From contig NC_068989.1 of assembly GCF_001194135.2 (NCBI RefSeq), forward strand, positions 60,106,720 to 60,145,309: DNA of 38,590 nucleotides. The letters are read 5' to 3'. The position numbers and the translations under genes were made by a program. Of this stretch, positions 11,667 through 22,907 are shown one piece after another. The stretch comes from Octopus bimaculoides. Lineage: Eukaryota. Numbering within the stretch: the stretch's first letter is position 1; every line of letters begins with the position of its first letter. The notes under the pieces are model-generated. The model searched no databases. It was not told the DNA's origin and was given only the letters and a program-made list of their open reading frames with translations.

Positions 11667-13316
11667 GTAAAGTGAATATAATAACATACTCATTAACTAC
11701 TTCGATTTCCTATCATGTATGTCAGTGATGTCAGTCTGTAAGTATTCATTCCTCTTCAAGTGTTGATTCAAGCCTTATAAACTAAGGAAATGGGTGTTCA
11801 GTGTTGTAATTACAACTGCCAGCTGTAGTTGCCACGAAATGAATGCAATATAATGAAATAAGTATTTCTTTTTTCTTAAATTTCATAAAACTGCGCTAAG
11901 AAAATGAAAATTAGTCTCCGACTGACTGTTTGACACACTCTTAATTAGGCTTGTTGCAATATTTCGTCTCAGTATAAGTGATACGAAGGAAATTAAATGG
12001 CTCCGACTGTGAATCGAAGCTATGACGCTGACTAGGCTCACTGAAAACCAAACTCTAATCTTTCGATAATCTTCTGCTAATATTCCAAACATAGGAACTT
12101 TTCATTGCACTTCAGTCAAAATCCCTTCTATTTTGTACTTATTGCTATGTCAGAGGTTTTAAAATAATCCCGATTCCTAATTCTTTGGAAAGCCTACTTT
12201 AAAGTTTTGACATGGAAAAAAGAATAAACTAACAAAACAAAACAATTTTGGTTATAATTTATTTGGCATCTTTCTGTATGAATATAAGATTTAAACTAAG
12301 CTAAAGCATTCATGGAAATAATCCCAGTCTTTTGTCACGAAAACAATAATTCAGAAAATATATATTAAAAACAAAATTTTCTTTATATTTAAGTGGAGTT
12401 AATCTGTTTTTTCAATCAAACTAATATCTTTTAAATGGTATATTTTGTCAAATAACTAAATTCTTTCATTAATCGATGTAATTTTCCATTTCTGTTTAAG
12501 TACTATTGTAAAGATTTACTTCTCAGATTTTAATTGATTCTGGAGTTCTGCATGTGATCACAAGAGGGTTTTTGTTAGGTTTGTTTGTTATTTATATTTT
12601 CATTCACATTAATGCAATCACTGAAACCGTTTTTAACTCGAACCACCTTTTTCCATTTTTACACGTAGGTTTTTTTAATTTTATTTAAAGTATTCAGTCT
12701 GTTTTGAGTTGCAACTTTCTGTGGAAACAACTTCAAAAATATTTCACTCATTTTATTTAGTTTATCTTTTATTTTATCTTTTCTGTTAACGCCATTATGA
12801 AAAGACACACACTGTCTCAGTATACACACGCACGTACACACTCATGCGCATACATTTACGTCACATAAAGACACAGACACACCTACACACCCATATGTAA
12901 AGTTACTAGAAATGTTGGTCAAAGGGCAAAGGTTTCGGTAGAGACGAATTTATTTACTTTTCCCTTTCTTTGTGTGCGTCTCGGCTTAGTTTATAACTGA
13001 GTCACTTTCCGGTTGAATGACAGAAAATATTTAGAACAAGAAATCGATATCATCATCGTCATCATCGTCATTAGCGGCATCCTCACAACAGCCATCATCG
13101 TCATCAGCAACATCATCAACACAAAAACAACAAAGAGGTCGCGTTTCTTAAGGTTAGACGTTTTAGAAGTTGCAGCTAAATCTCCCTGCTGAATAATGTA
13201 ACCTTAAAAAGATTTGAAAGTAATAAAACTGTTGGTGTTACAACAGAAACCAAACAACACAAAGAACAATAATAACAACTAAAAATATACATTTTGCGTA
13301 TAAATATTTACTTTAG

Positions 13317-13384
13317 GTTCCAATATGGTGCAGCCACATGGGACAATTCAGGAATCCCCTACATGATTTCCGGTTACCGCAAAA
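13317..13384 (+). CDS. Candidate exon: FQYGAATWDNSGIPYMISGYRK
   Basis: TTTACTTTAG| acceptor, open frame, weak A|GTAAAC donor. Confidence 0.25.
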
Positions 13385-13621
13385 GTAAACAGAAAGTGAC
13401 CTTAACTATTCCTTCCATGACGCTGAGTCACACATTGAATGTAGGCTCACTTAGCGAGGTCACACTCACCATTACCACACTCTGTTTTTTTAACAGATCT
13501 ACTGGAGGGCATTACTTTTTCCCCTGTCACCTGTATATTCTAATGATACAAAAGTTGATCAGGATTTAATCGTAGAGGAAAAGCAATGTATTTCGTCCTC
13601 TCATACAACTTGTTTTGCAAG

Positions 13622-13662
13622 GGCCACCAAATACAGGAAATTTGCTGTACGTCTTTGAGCAA
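13622..13662 (+). CDS. Candidate exon, phase 1-0: (G)PPNTGNLLYVFEQ
   Basis: TTGTTTTGCAAG| acceptor, CAA|GTATGA donor; phase-compatible with flanking candidates. Confidence 0.2.
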
Positions 13663-14672
13663 GTATGACAGCAAGATGATCTTTATGACAAAATCAGTGA
13701 GAACAAATATGTCTTACACGTGATAATAGCTATTCGATATAAGTCCACTAGTTAGTAATATTCGAATATAGAAAATTCGCAAAACATTTCGTTGTCTTTC
13801 GCACATTCCTGTTTCACATCGGCCAAGGCTTCCTGCACATTCTCTTTTGAGGTCATACGAAAATATCCCTCTCTTTTTTGAAAAAGAGGGCTATCAACTC
13901 CTCCTCTCTCTTTCTTGGTTAAACTCGGGCAAGGAAAACATGAATTTCTGCGAATTAACTCGTCAATTCCTTTCATTCAGCTGGCTCAATTAGAATTGTT
14001 CTGTATAATCTAAAACATTTGTTTATGGTTTAAAATGATTATTGGTGCTGGACTTGGTGCATTTTTCAATCAAATTTGTTTCAAAGACTGTTCTTTTGTG
14101 TTTCATCCTCATCCTTTGTGCAAATGGAAATAATTTAGGAGCTCTGTCTACGTATTTTCTTAAAAATTATGATTTTGCTATCAACACTATGGTGAACACC
14201 TGTTCCTTTCTCTCTGAGTGGGGTCAGCTTTCAACGCGTGTAAATAGTTCTTTTTTAATTAAAAAATGTGTACCATCTTATAAAATCATAAGACAAGCTT
14301 TTCCTATATCCCAGATAGTTAGGTAGACCTGATATTCCGAAGCACTATGGTTGTAAAAAAAAAAACAAGACAAAAAACAAAGCAAAATACAAATAGGGCT
14401 CTTAGACAAAGGCGCGCACATACACAATACAAAACGTATCAGGTAAAGTGGAAGGCTAGTGTTACAAAACATGAAAGATATACGAAAACGGGGGAAAATG
14501 TATAAAGTTAAAAATTTGGCGCACAAATCAAATACAAATATAAGGTCACAAAAAGAATGAGAAGTCGTGACTCAGGCTAGATCAGGACATCCACGGTTCT
14601 GACCATCATTCACTTTAATCAACTTCTGCATGCTTGTTCTCCGAAATTACATCTTAGCAATTTTAATTTTAG

Positions 14673-14720
14673 CTAAACTGCGAAAGGGACTTATATAATC
14701 TGGGGTGCTACCCTTCAACC
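14673..14720 (+). CDS. Candidate exon, phase 0-0: LNCERDLYNLGCYPST
   Basis: TTTTAATTTTAG| acceptor, C|GTGAGT donor, 48 nt open. Confidence 0.35.
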
Positions 14721-14894
14721 GTGAGTAGATAGCTGAAGTAGTTTTGCCAGTCATCTGTTACATATGGGTTCTTAATACTTTCCTCCTTTTGAAGTACCCT
14801 GAAGTTCAGCCACTCCGTAGGATGGTGGTTCTTCATGAGGGAGTGAGGAAACTCGTTTGAGTGCTAATAAATACCCTCCACATATTACTTTTAA

Positions 14895-15236
14895 ATCAAT
14901 TACTTTGACTCCAATGCTCGACTGGTACCTATCGATCCCGAAAGAATGAAAGGTGAAGTTGACCTCGGTGGCATTTTCTCCAGCGTGCTAACGATTCTGT
15001 CAGCTCACTGCTTTAAGGATTGATTTGAAATTTTGAAACAAGGTCAGCAAATATGAGTGATGGGGTAAGTCGGTTACATCGATAACAGTACTCAATTGAT
15101 ACTTTATTTTATCGATCCCGAAAGGATGAAAGGTAAAGCTGTTCTCGGTGACATTTGAACTCAAAACGTAAAGACGGACGAAATGCTGCTAAGCATTTTG
15201 TTCGGCAGACTATCAATGCAGCCAGTTTGCCACTTG
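14895..15236 (-). mobile_element. Two tandem degenerate SINE family B copies (about 14895-15013 and 15020-15236)
   Basis: Repeated core ATCGATCCCGAAAGrATGAAAGGT and head ...TAACGATTCTGTCAGCTCAC / GCCAGTTTGCCAC. Confidence 0.85.
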
Positions 15237-15269
15237 AAAAAATAACAACAACAACAATAGTAATAATTA

Positions 15270-15650
15270 AACGACCAGATATCACTTACCCACGGAAGGA
15301 GTCTAAGGAATGAACCTTCATCAACTAAGCTGTACCTTCAGATCACAATATAGTGAAGACAGAGAAGAGAATCGGAAAGTACCAAGACCTAACATTGGAA
15401 GTGACACACAGCTATTGAGCCTCAAAAGTGAGTGGGAGTTGTACACTTGATCCATTTCAAAGAAAGCAATATTTTGGCATAAAAAGCTGCGCATACAAAA
15501 CTTTCATAGGAAGTAGTCAGTTGGCAGTAATACTTGGAATAGCCCATGTGTTGAGAAAAAGTATTCCGTCTCTAAGCTGTGAGAGGGTACTGAGATGTGT
15601 TATAGGTAACTCGGGAGAAGTTAGGATAATAAAAATGTATAATTAAAAAT
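15270..15650 (+). mobile_element. 5'-truncated R4/Dong-like non-LTR retrotransposon, REL-endonuclease region and 3' end
   Basis: RPDITYPRKESKE*TFIN*AVPSDHNIVKTEKRIGKYQDLTLEV...AVILGIAHVLRK matches the PD..D.AVP.D.N....K..KY..L and LGTAHILRK motifs. Preceded by AAC/AAT repeats at 15241-15268. Confidence 0.75.
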
Positions 15651-15712
15651 ACGATATATTTACGCCGTATGTAAACAAAGAAGTTTGTTTTTCGAAGCGC
15701 TGAAATGTATGG

Positions 15713-15994
15713 TAGAACAAGTAGAAAGATAAATTTTATTCAACGCATAGATACTGAACTGTATACATATAAAGGATAAAATCCTCTTTTCTTCTTAAAG
15801 TAAAAAAAATTGTCGGCAGCCAGCCATGAGAATCGGACTCACATCCCTCTAATATATTAGGATGTGAGTTCGATTCTCATGGCTGGCTGCCGACAAATTT
15901 TTCTGCTTTTAAAAAGAAAAAAGGATTTTATCCTTTATATGTATACAGTTCAGTATCTATGCGTTGAATAAAATTTATCTTTCTAGTTGTTCTA
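15713..15994. repeat. 282-bp near-perfect spacerless palindrome (fold-back, MITE-like), TA at both ends
   Basis: The two arms of about 140 bp are reverse complements with few mismatches; centre CTAATA|TATTAG at 15854/15855. Confidence 0.95.
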
Positions 15995-16392
15995 TGATAT
16001 ATTTATTCTAAAAGAGTATGAGGAACTGGAAAACAGTTTTGACAGCAGGTAGATGGGAAATTGGACAATTCGACATCAAGAAGGAATCTTCAAGGAGACC
16101 CTGAGTTATCACTGCTGTTTATTGTTAGTATGGTTTTGAGGAAGATGGGAGCTGGTTATAAACTGCAGAAGAACACGACACCAATTAATTACCTGTAGTT
16201 TATTGACGGTTTGAAGCTTTACGGAATTATCAGAGGTCAACTGGACTCTTATTTAGAATGTACGAAAGTTCTCATTTGACATTCAGATGGCATTTGGTCC
16301 AGTTAAAGCGCACTGTTGTTAAACTGAGGAGAGAGCGAAAAGTCAACGACAGTGGATTACAATTTCCAGATGATATGCGTATACGAGAAGTG
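15995..16392 (+). mobile_element. R4/Dong-like reverse transcriptase relic
   Basis: KSMRNWKTVLTAG; GI(F)QGD.LS.LLF-like; MGAGYKLQKNTTPINYL*FIDGLKLYG (degenerate MDD box); DIQMAFG motifs, with stops and frameshifts. Confidence 0.75.
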
Positions 16393-16409
16393 AACGGAAA
16401 GGGTTATAA

Positions 16410-16543
16410 GGGTTATTTTATCGACCCGAAACAAGTTGAAGTACAGCCGACCACGGCAGAATTTGAACTCAGAACGTAAAGGCAGACGAAATGCTGCTCA
16501 GCTTTTTGCTCCGCATGCTAACAGTTCTGTCAACTCGTCTCCT
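16410..16543 (-). mobile_element. SINE family B partial copy
   Basis: TTTATCGACCCGAAA...AATTTGAACTCAGAACGTAAAGGCAGACGAAATGCTGCT. Confidence 0.85.
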
Positions 16544-17920
16544 TGTTCGCAGTTAATGTTCTTAATATTTTGAAATAATTTTTTTTTTATTGATTTACTT
16601 AAGAGTATATATTAATTTATCAAAACTCTACCTCATCAAAAATTCATTGAACTTTAACCTTTGATTTGTTTTGCTGAATGGGAGTTCTTGATTCTGGTAT
16701 TCCTTCTTGTGATTGATTCTGGTATTCCTTCTCACGATTGTCTTATATTTCACCTAGGAATATCTCTCTATTTTGGAGAGAAGACTAAGCGATCCGTTAT
16801 TCTTTGAATATTTACTTTCCAATTAGAAGGGAAATGGGTTTTATTCTTCCTAAGATTTATTCTTGAAAGCAATATCTATTACGTCAGGGTGTACTAATTG
16901 GCTTGAAAAATGTCATGGTTTTGCATCATTACATCATCAATTCCATCTTCTAATGACATTTAAAAAAAAAAAGAAATCAACTTTAACAAATAATATCTAT
17001 TCGAAGATTATTATTAATTTCTATCATGGAGATTTAGCATGCATCTTTTATGTGGGTCTGCATTACGTTATATGTTCCCTCAGGATAATTTCTGTACAAG
17101 ATTAATGTCGATTTTCGTCTTTGTTAAATTAGCGAAGGTGCTAATAATTTTTTTTCTCGTTACTACTTCCTTCATTGCGACCTAGTTTCCTATGTTTAAG
17201 TTACTGGCATGGGCAATAGCTATTATGCTTATTTGTTTTTTTTAGGTACTATATTGTTCGTAGAAGTAATTTGTGCATTGTTAATGGAACTAACATTGAA
17301 GCCATGTCTGCTGGAGTTACTGCATTAGAGCTCTTCTCTTGTTAAATATTCGTCGGCGTAAATATTTTACAGGCATTTCCTGTTCGTGTTTACAGTGAGT
17401 CTTCAAATGATAAATGTTTGAAACACGGCATTAGCATTCTGCTTTGTAAATACCGCGAATAATATAGCGAAAATAGTATGAGAGTCCTTAGATTTTGAAA
17501 GTGTAAGTAATACATTACATATATTATACCACACCACGCATATATTACATATATATGTATATATACATACACACAAACACAAATATAATATACAACAAAC
17601 TCACATATATGTATGTGTCTGTGGGTGCGCCATGCATATGTCTGTGTGGGAGTATGGGTGTGTGTATGTGTGTAAGAATATGTACTCACTAAAGATTCAT
17701 CCTGATTCATTGTATACCACTGCTCCTTGGATTCCCATCACATTATCGATTCGTACAAATTTGAATGTTTAACACCGAATGTTTTAATACAGGTACATTT
17801 ATGTATTATACGGTTTCATGATTTGTATATTTGTACTTGAATATGCCTATGATGCGAAATGTTTTAATTTGATAAAGCGACCTGACCTCTGAAATTTGTC
17901 TTCCATTCTTGCCTGTATAC

Positions 17921-17922
<2 letters not shown>

Positions 17923-17960
<38 letters not shown>
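17923..17960. repeat. (TA)n microsatellite
   Basis: Seen directly in sequence. Confidence 0.97.
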
Positions 17961-17963
<3 letters not shown>

Positions 17964-19199
17964 GCAAAAAGGTTAGAGATCTATACAAAACAAATGTTTA
18001 TGTATATAAGATGGAGGTGGAAATAGCACAGAAGTAAATCTGAGACATTTCAATCTAAGAAGGAGTTTAATAAAAATGATTTCAAAAATTATATGAAGAA
18101 AATATTACTAATTTCGACGATGAATCTCACGTAATAAAATATCAATAAGAATTTATAAAAAATTGAAGTAAAAGCGGTTTGCCTTCTGTTTGGGGGTAAA
18201 AAACATGCCCACAACCAACGAGACCTCTTGGTCCACAGCTTCACCAATCCCGGTGAATATAAAATATTGATGATCTATTTAGGGTATTCCTCACTACCTT
18301 GGGAGGTACAACAAATTACGGTGAAATGAACTACGGTGAATTACAGTGAACTACAATACTAAACCGAAAAGACATCTTGGGTTGTCTCTCATACTTGTCG
18401 AATTGATTTTAAAAAATCGTTATCACTGAATCTATGTTGAATATAAATGGATATTATTTTACATGATTCTGCATCAGCTTGTTTCCTAAATCAGAGCAAA
18501 GACCGTTTAGTGATTCGTTGAAATTTTTACCTGTCGGAATTATTTTATTTTATTCCTAATTTTTAGACACACCCACATTCAAATATACTTAATGTAGGAC
18601 ACAGGAATGATAACGGGCGCAGGAATCACGGAATCGAACTAAATGCGTTACAATATTCAGTTTTCTTTGATTTAATTCAAAGACTAAAAAGTGTTGATGT
18701 AAAAACGCCTAACACAAAAGAAAAATAAAATCTTTAATCATATTTTATGAAAATAATTTAACTAGCTGTGAGGAATGAGTATGTTCAGCAACTCAATCAT
18801 GCGTAAATCGATTTCGCCTGTCATTTCTTCAGGTGTGAAGAAAATAAGTACCTAGTTGATTTACACATTAAAGAGTAAATTGAAACAAGTGACTGACTGT
18901 TTAATGTTGCAGTTCAGTGGGTTTTGAGTTCAGTCTCTGTTGTCCCTGACACCTTGAAGACATTAGCATCATGTCGAAATCAAGTACTACTTTCATTTGG
19001 TTAATGTTATGGATACAGGAATAAATTGCAGATCTGGAAGCCAAAATTTGTCTTCGGCAGAATGAATACTAAGAAAATGAATACTTTTATAAAATTGAAT
19101 ATCACTTCTTGCAATAACTATCTCGTTTGGTGAAGATAATGTCTCTAAAATAGTTTTGAGATCCACATAACTACTTGGATGTTGAACACCCTGGGTATA

Positions 19200-19415
19200 A
19201 CACACACGCACCCCACCCCCCACACACGCAGAAACACATGTAAACACACACATAAGTGCATGCATATGTACACACACATATATACATGTACACGTACAGA
19301 TGCACTCGCACACACATATATATGTGTGTGTGTGTGTAGGTGATTGTGTATGTATGTATGTATGGATGTGTAAGTGTGTGTATATATGTATGTATGTGTG
19401 TGTGTGTGTGTGCAT
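19200..19415. repeat. Mixed (CA)/(TG)/(TATG) microsatellite block
   Basis: Seen directly; explains ORFs 18993-19465. Confidence 0.92.
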
Positions 19416-20029
19416 AAGAACGTTAAAGACATGCTAGGCAGAACAGACGAATATTTAGCCTTCATCAGTTATCTCGCTATGGGTTCTAGCAGTTTCGAAG
19501 TTTAGTGGCATTAAGAAACCTCTGGATACTACTGTCAAAGCACTTTGTTGAAGTAAAAACTTGGCGACTGGATGTTGGAAACAAGGAAATGGAAAGGTTG
19601 TACGGTTAATACTTGTGACTAATACAGAAAAGAAGAACACATATGTCTATCTAAAATGAAATTAAATGAAATAAAACGTTTTTCGACAAAAGAGAAAGCA
19701 AAACTGTAAATTGTGACGAAAATGAAAGGACACAAAACAAATATAATAATGCAACAAGTAGGACACAGAAGGGAAAAGAACCAGGAATGTTGTGTGTGTG
19801 TGTGTGCGAGTTTGTATAGATATTATAGAGTGTTCAATGTGTGACTAGGTTAAGTGGCACAGATTACATTCTGTAAAATGAAAATAAAAGAGGAAAATTC
19901 TTGCTTAACGTGTATCTATCGTTTAAATTTACTGAAAATAACTGAAGACAGACAGTACATGTTTAAGAAAAACGTTTAATTATATATACATGAATATATG
20001 CAAATATGCTGACACCATTGTATATTAAT

Positions 20030-20275
20030 ATCTTTTATCCTTTACTTGTTTCAGTTATTAGACTGCAGCCATGCTGGGGCACCGCCTTGGATTTTTTAGT
20101 CGAATGAATAGTCCCCAGTATTTATGTTTTAAAGCCTGGTACTTATTCCATCGGTCTCTTTTTGCCGAACCGCTAAGTTAAGGGGATGCAAACACACCAA
20201 CACCGGTTGTCAAGAGGCGGTGGTACAAACACAGACGGAGAATCAAACACATACATACATACATACATACATGCC
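20030..20275 (-). mobile_element. SINE family C copy with adjacent (CATA)n
   Basis: Shares a core (GTCGA..CCCCAGT..CTGGTACTTATT..ATCG) with family B; its end matches fragments at 3060-3205 and 28372-28430. Orientation inferred. Confidence 0.8.
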
Positions 20276-20289
20276 TTGTTGAGGACTTT

Positions 20290-21090
20290 TGATTAGTAGA
20301 TGGAGACCATAGAGCATTTGAAAGCTTGAGTACTGGATTGGTCTGGGTTAGCCTAAAATCCTCAAAAATTCAAAGGAGGGTATGAGGTAGAATATATACT
20401 CATCCACATGGCACAAAATGGAATTTTCCTGACAGTACCGGTAATGTAGATCGAAATTTATGACACATCGGGATAAATTAAGTTCCAGAACACAACAGAA
20501 ATACAATGACGTATTATGGTTAGTCTGTGACCATCTTGTAAGTGCTCTCTTCCCAGAGGAAAGGTGATGTAGAGAATAACATCAACTTTTGCACAGATCT
20601 TTACAATTTCCTTCTTGAAAATTTTCCTCGAGTTCACAATCAACATGTAGCTGGACCCTGGATAAGCATTGCCCCGACGTTACATAAAATCCTAGGTCAC
20701 TTCTGGGAACTGACTGAGTTAAACAATTGTGAAGGACTCGGGAAGACAGATGAAAGTGGAATGGAAGGTTGCAATAGAGTTTTAAGGTGATACTTATCGA
20801 GCCTCCAGTTACATGTTGAATTTGGACTCGAGGAAAATGTTCAAGAAGGAAAATGTAAAGATCTCTGCAAAAGTTCTTGTCGTTCTCTACATCACCTTTC
20901 TTCTTGGAGAAAAAGAATTAATTTATCACGGGTAACTTCTCAAGTGAAAAATCTTGCTGATACTCTGAGGAGGACGTGGACTGCTTCTGATCCATTGGTT
21001 CTTGATAAGAAAGTGAAGGCGCTACAATTTTGCAGGCAATGTAATGTTTATGTACACTCAGTTCGTTACCATGAGAAAAAATACAGCTAG
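20290..21090 (+). pseudogene. RAG1/Transib-like DDE transposase pseudogene, C-terminal part
   Basis: TGNVDRNL (cf. RAG1 MNGNFARKL); SIAPTLHKILGHFWELTELNNCEGLGKTDESGMEGCNRVLR (cf. RAG1 [35 protein letters not shown]); after a 123-nt insert, KRINLSRVTSQVKNLADTLRRTWTASDP (cf. [25 protein letters not shown]); then CRQC-x4-H-x4-H. Comparison done by eye from remembered sequence. Confidence 0.78.
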
Positions 21091-21237
21091 TACTGCCGTA
21101 ACATCTGATGATTACTTGTTTAACGAAATTATGCTATAATGTATCAAAGCAAGTTATCATTATGGTAAATCGTGCTTATTCTTCATTTTAATCTAAATTA
21201 TACTCATTTGAAGATTTACGGAGATTTGGGCCCAGAC

Positions 21238-21744
21238 CGAGCTTCAAATGAGTCCACAAATTTTCATAATTGTCTGATCAATATGCTTCCAATGAGCCCT
21301 TAACCACATTCCAATCGTCATTTAATTCAAATTATGTCACTTTTTGTGTTTTGGTCCCGAAATATGCAAATATGAAAATCTGACCCCAGATCACCGATCT
21401 AAAAAAAAAAAAAAAAAAATCACCAGTTCCGTAAATTTCCAAACTTGTGTTATAAATACGTTTACAACGAGGTCTCAACTATCTTCCAATCTTCTTTTTC
21501 ATTCAACCGATGCCCTGTTTTGTATTTTAGCCTAAAATGCTCAAATATGGAAATTCGGTTTCTAGACCGAATTTCTAAAATAGCTTTATCGATACGTTTC
21601 CAATGAACCCTCACCTACATTCCAAGTGTCACTTAACTAAGGTTATGCCAAATTTTGCCCCAAATCCCTAGACTTTTGAGAAATTTTTGTTTTTCATAAA
21701 ATTCCAGAATTTCTTTGCTAATACGCTTTCAACGAGTACTCACT
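21238..21744 (+). repeat. Five dispersed copies of a ~24-bp motif (ATACGyTTyCAAyGAGyyCTCAC); probable transposon subterminal repeats
   Basis: Copies at about 21238, 21281, 21456, 21592 and 21721; hairpin AAATTCGGT-TTCTAG-ACCGAATTT at about 21551-21574. Confidence 0.7.
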
Positions 21745-21759
21745 CGCTATCGGGATATT

Positions 21760-22299
21760 TTCCTGCCAAGCTATGACCAAACGTCAATGAAATCATCTTC
21801 TCAGCCCAATGCATTCTGGAGGTAAGGTGAAGAGCCGAATACTATTGCCACACATATGGCCTATTGACTGGCCATAGTCTTCAGCAGCTTCACGTAGCCG
21901 TCTGTATTGAGGGTAGGGCCTTGTTAAAAGATGTGGAGATGTATTTCGGCGTGAATTCCTAGTCTCTCCTTGTTGGCCACAGCGACGATGTCTCCATTGC
22001 AGCTGTCCGTGTTACATCTTACAACCTTTATAGTGTTCACAGAGCACTGAGTTGCAGTTATGACGTCGGCAATTTAACGCCTGGCGCGAATCGTCATGAT
22101 GCAGCTAACTGTATTTCAATATTCAGATGGCTTCCAGTCTTCCATGTCAGCTAATCTTTTCTCAACTATAAATTTAAACTTCACGCTCTTCAACGTCTAT
22201 AATGTTCACCAATACATCAAGCTGTTCCTGGAAAAGAAGGAAACATAACAAATTGTCAAATATAGTCCGAACGTCTTGTACATCCGAATCTTTACCCTA
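21760..22299 (-). mobile_element. Internally deleted Tc1/mariner transposase relic (possibly DD37D/maT-like)
   Basis: MEDWKPSEY*...IMTIRARR..TATQCSVNTIKVVR...; HIF*QGPTLNTDGYVKLLKT; DSALHLTS (cf. QDSAPAH). Probable 5' end at TA 22298-22299; no matching 3' TIR seen. Confidence 0.7.
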
Positions 22300-22907
22300 T
22301 GAAAGGAACCGGCCATATTGCAGCGATTGGACTTCAGATTTTTCTAGTTTCCTAGGTAGTTGTGTTAACGAAAACTACAGGTCACGTGCGCTCGTTTGCC
22401 ATTATAAGTATTTCTATGTCCGTGCACACTATTGCTGGGTAGTCATTGCAGCTAAATTGCATTCTTCTGTCTCTTTGTCTGAGATTCATGTATACCTCAC
22501 CAGTATAGTCTGATGAGTAGCGAGGTGTCTCTGTAATTGTCAAAGACCCGGCCACGTACTTTGTTGTACTAGATTATGCGTTACCAATAGCATTCACACA
22601 CAAAAATCAGATATACTTACATTCATATACACATATCGAAGTGTGTGCATATTATACACTCACTCTCACACATTCGTATACAGAAATATGGTACTTGTAG
22701 GCTATGTGTGCGGTATATATCTCATTCTGCTCTATATTACCTCTCGTAGTTTTACTTCCAAATATACTCATTATCAAAATGTGTCAATAGAAAACAATAA
22801 ATTTTCACAAGACACTTATATATACATGCATGAATGCACAAATGCACACACACGCACACATGCACACAAATATACACATATACATATGCATATAAATCAT
22901 TTATAAA

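Noticed and set aside
13752-14326. 74-aa minus and 94-aa plus ORFs
   Set aside because: No recognisable domain, weak splice support, in-frame stops upstream.
16688-16732. 20-bp direct repeat TTGATTCTGGTATTCCTTCT, 25-bp period
   Set aside because: Two copies only; ordinary slippage duplication, not CRISPR-like.
18960-19130. MSKSSTTFIWLMLWIQE* signal-peptide-like start
   Set aside because: Stop after 17 codons and further stops; no domain recognisable.
22356-22513. Possible F5/8- or fucolectin-like exon (YFYVR..VSLSEIHVY)
   Set aside because: Spacing atypical, no convincing donor, and it lies beside transposon debris; too weak to call.
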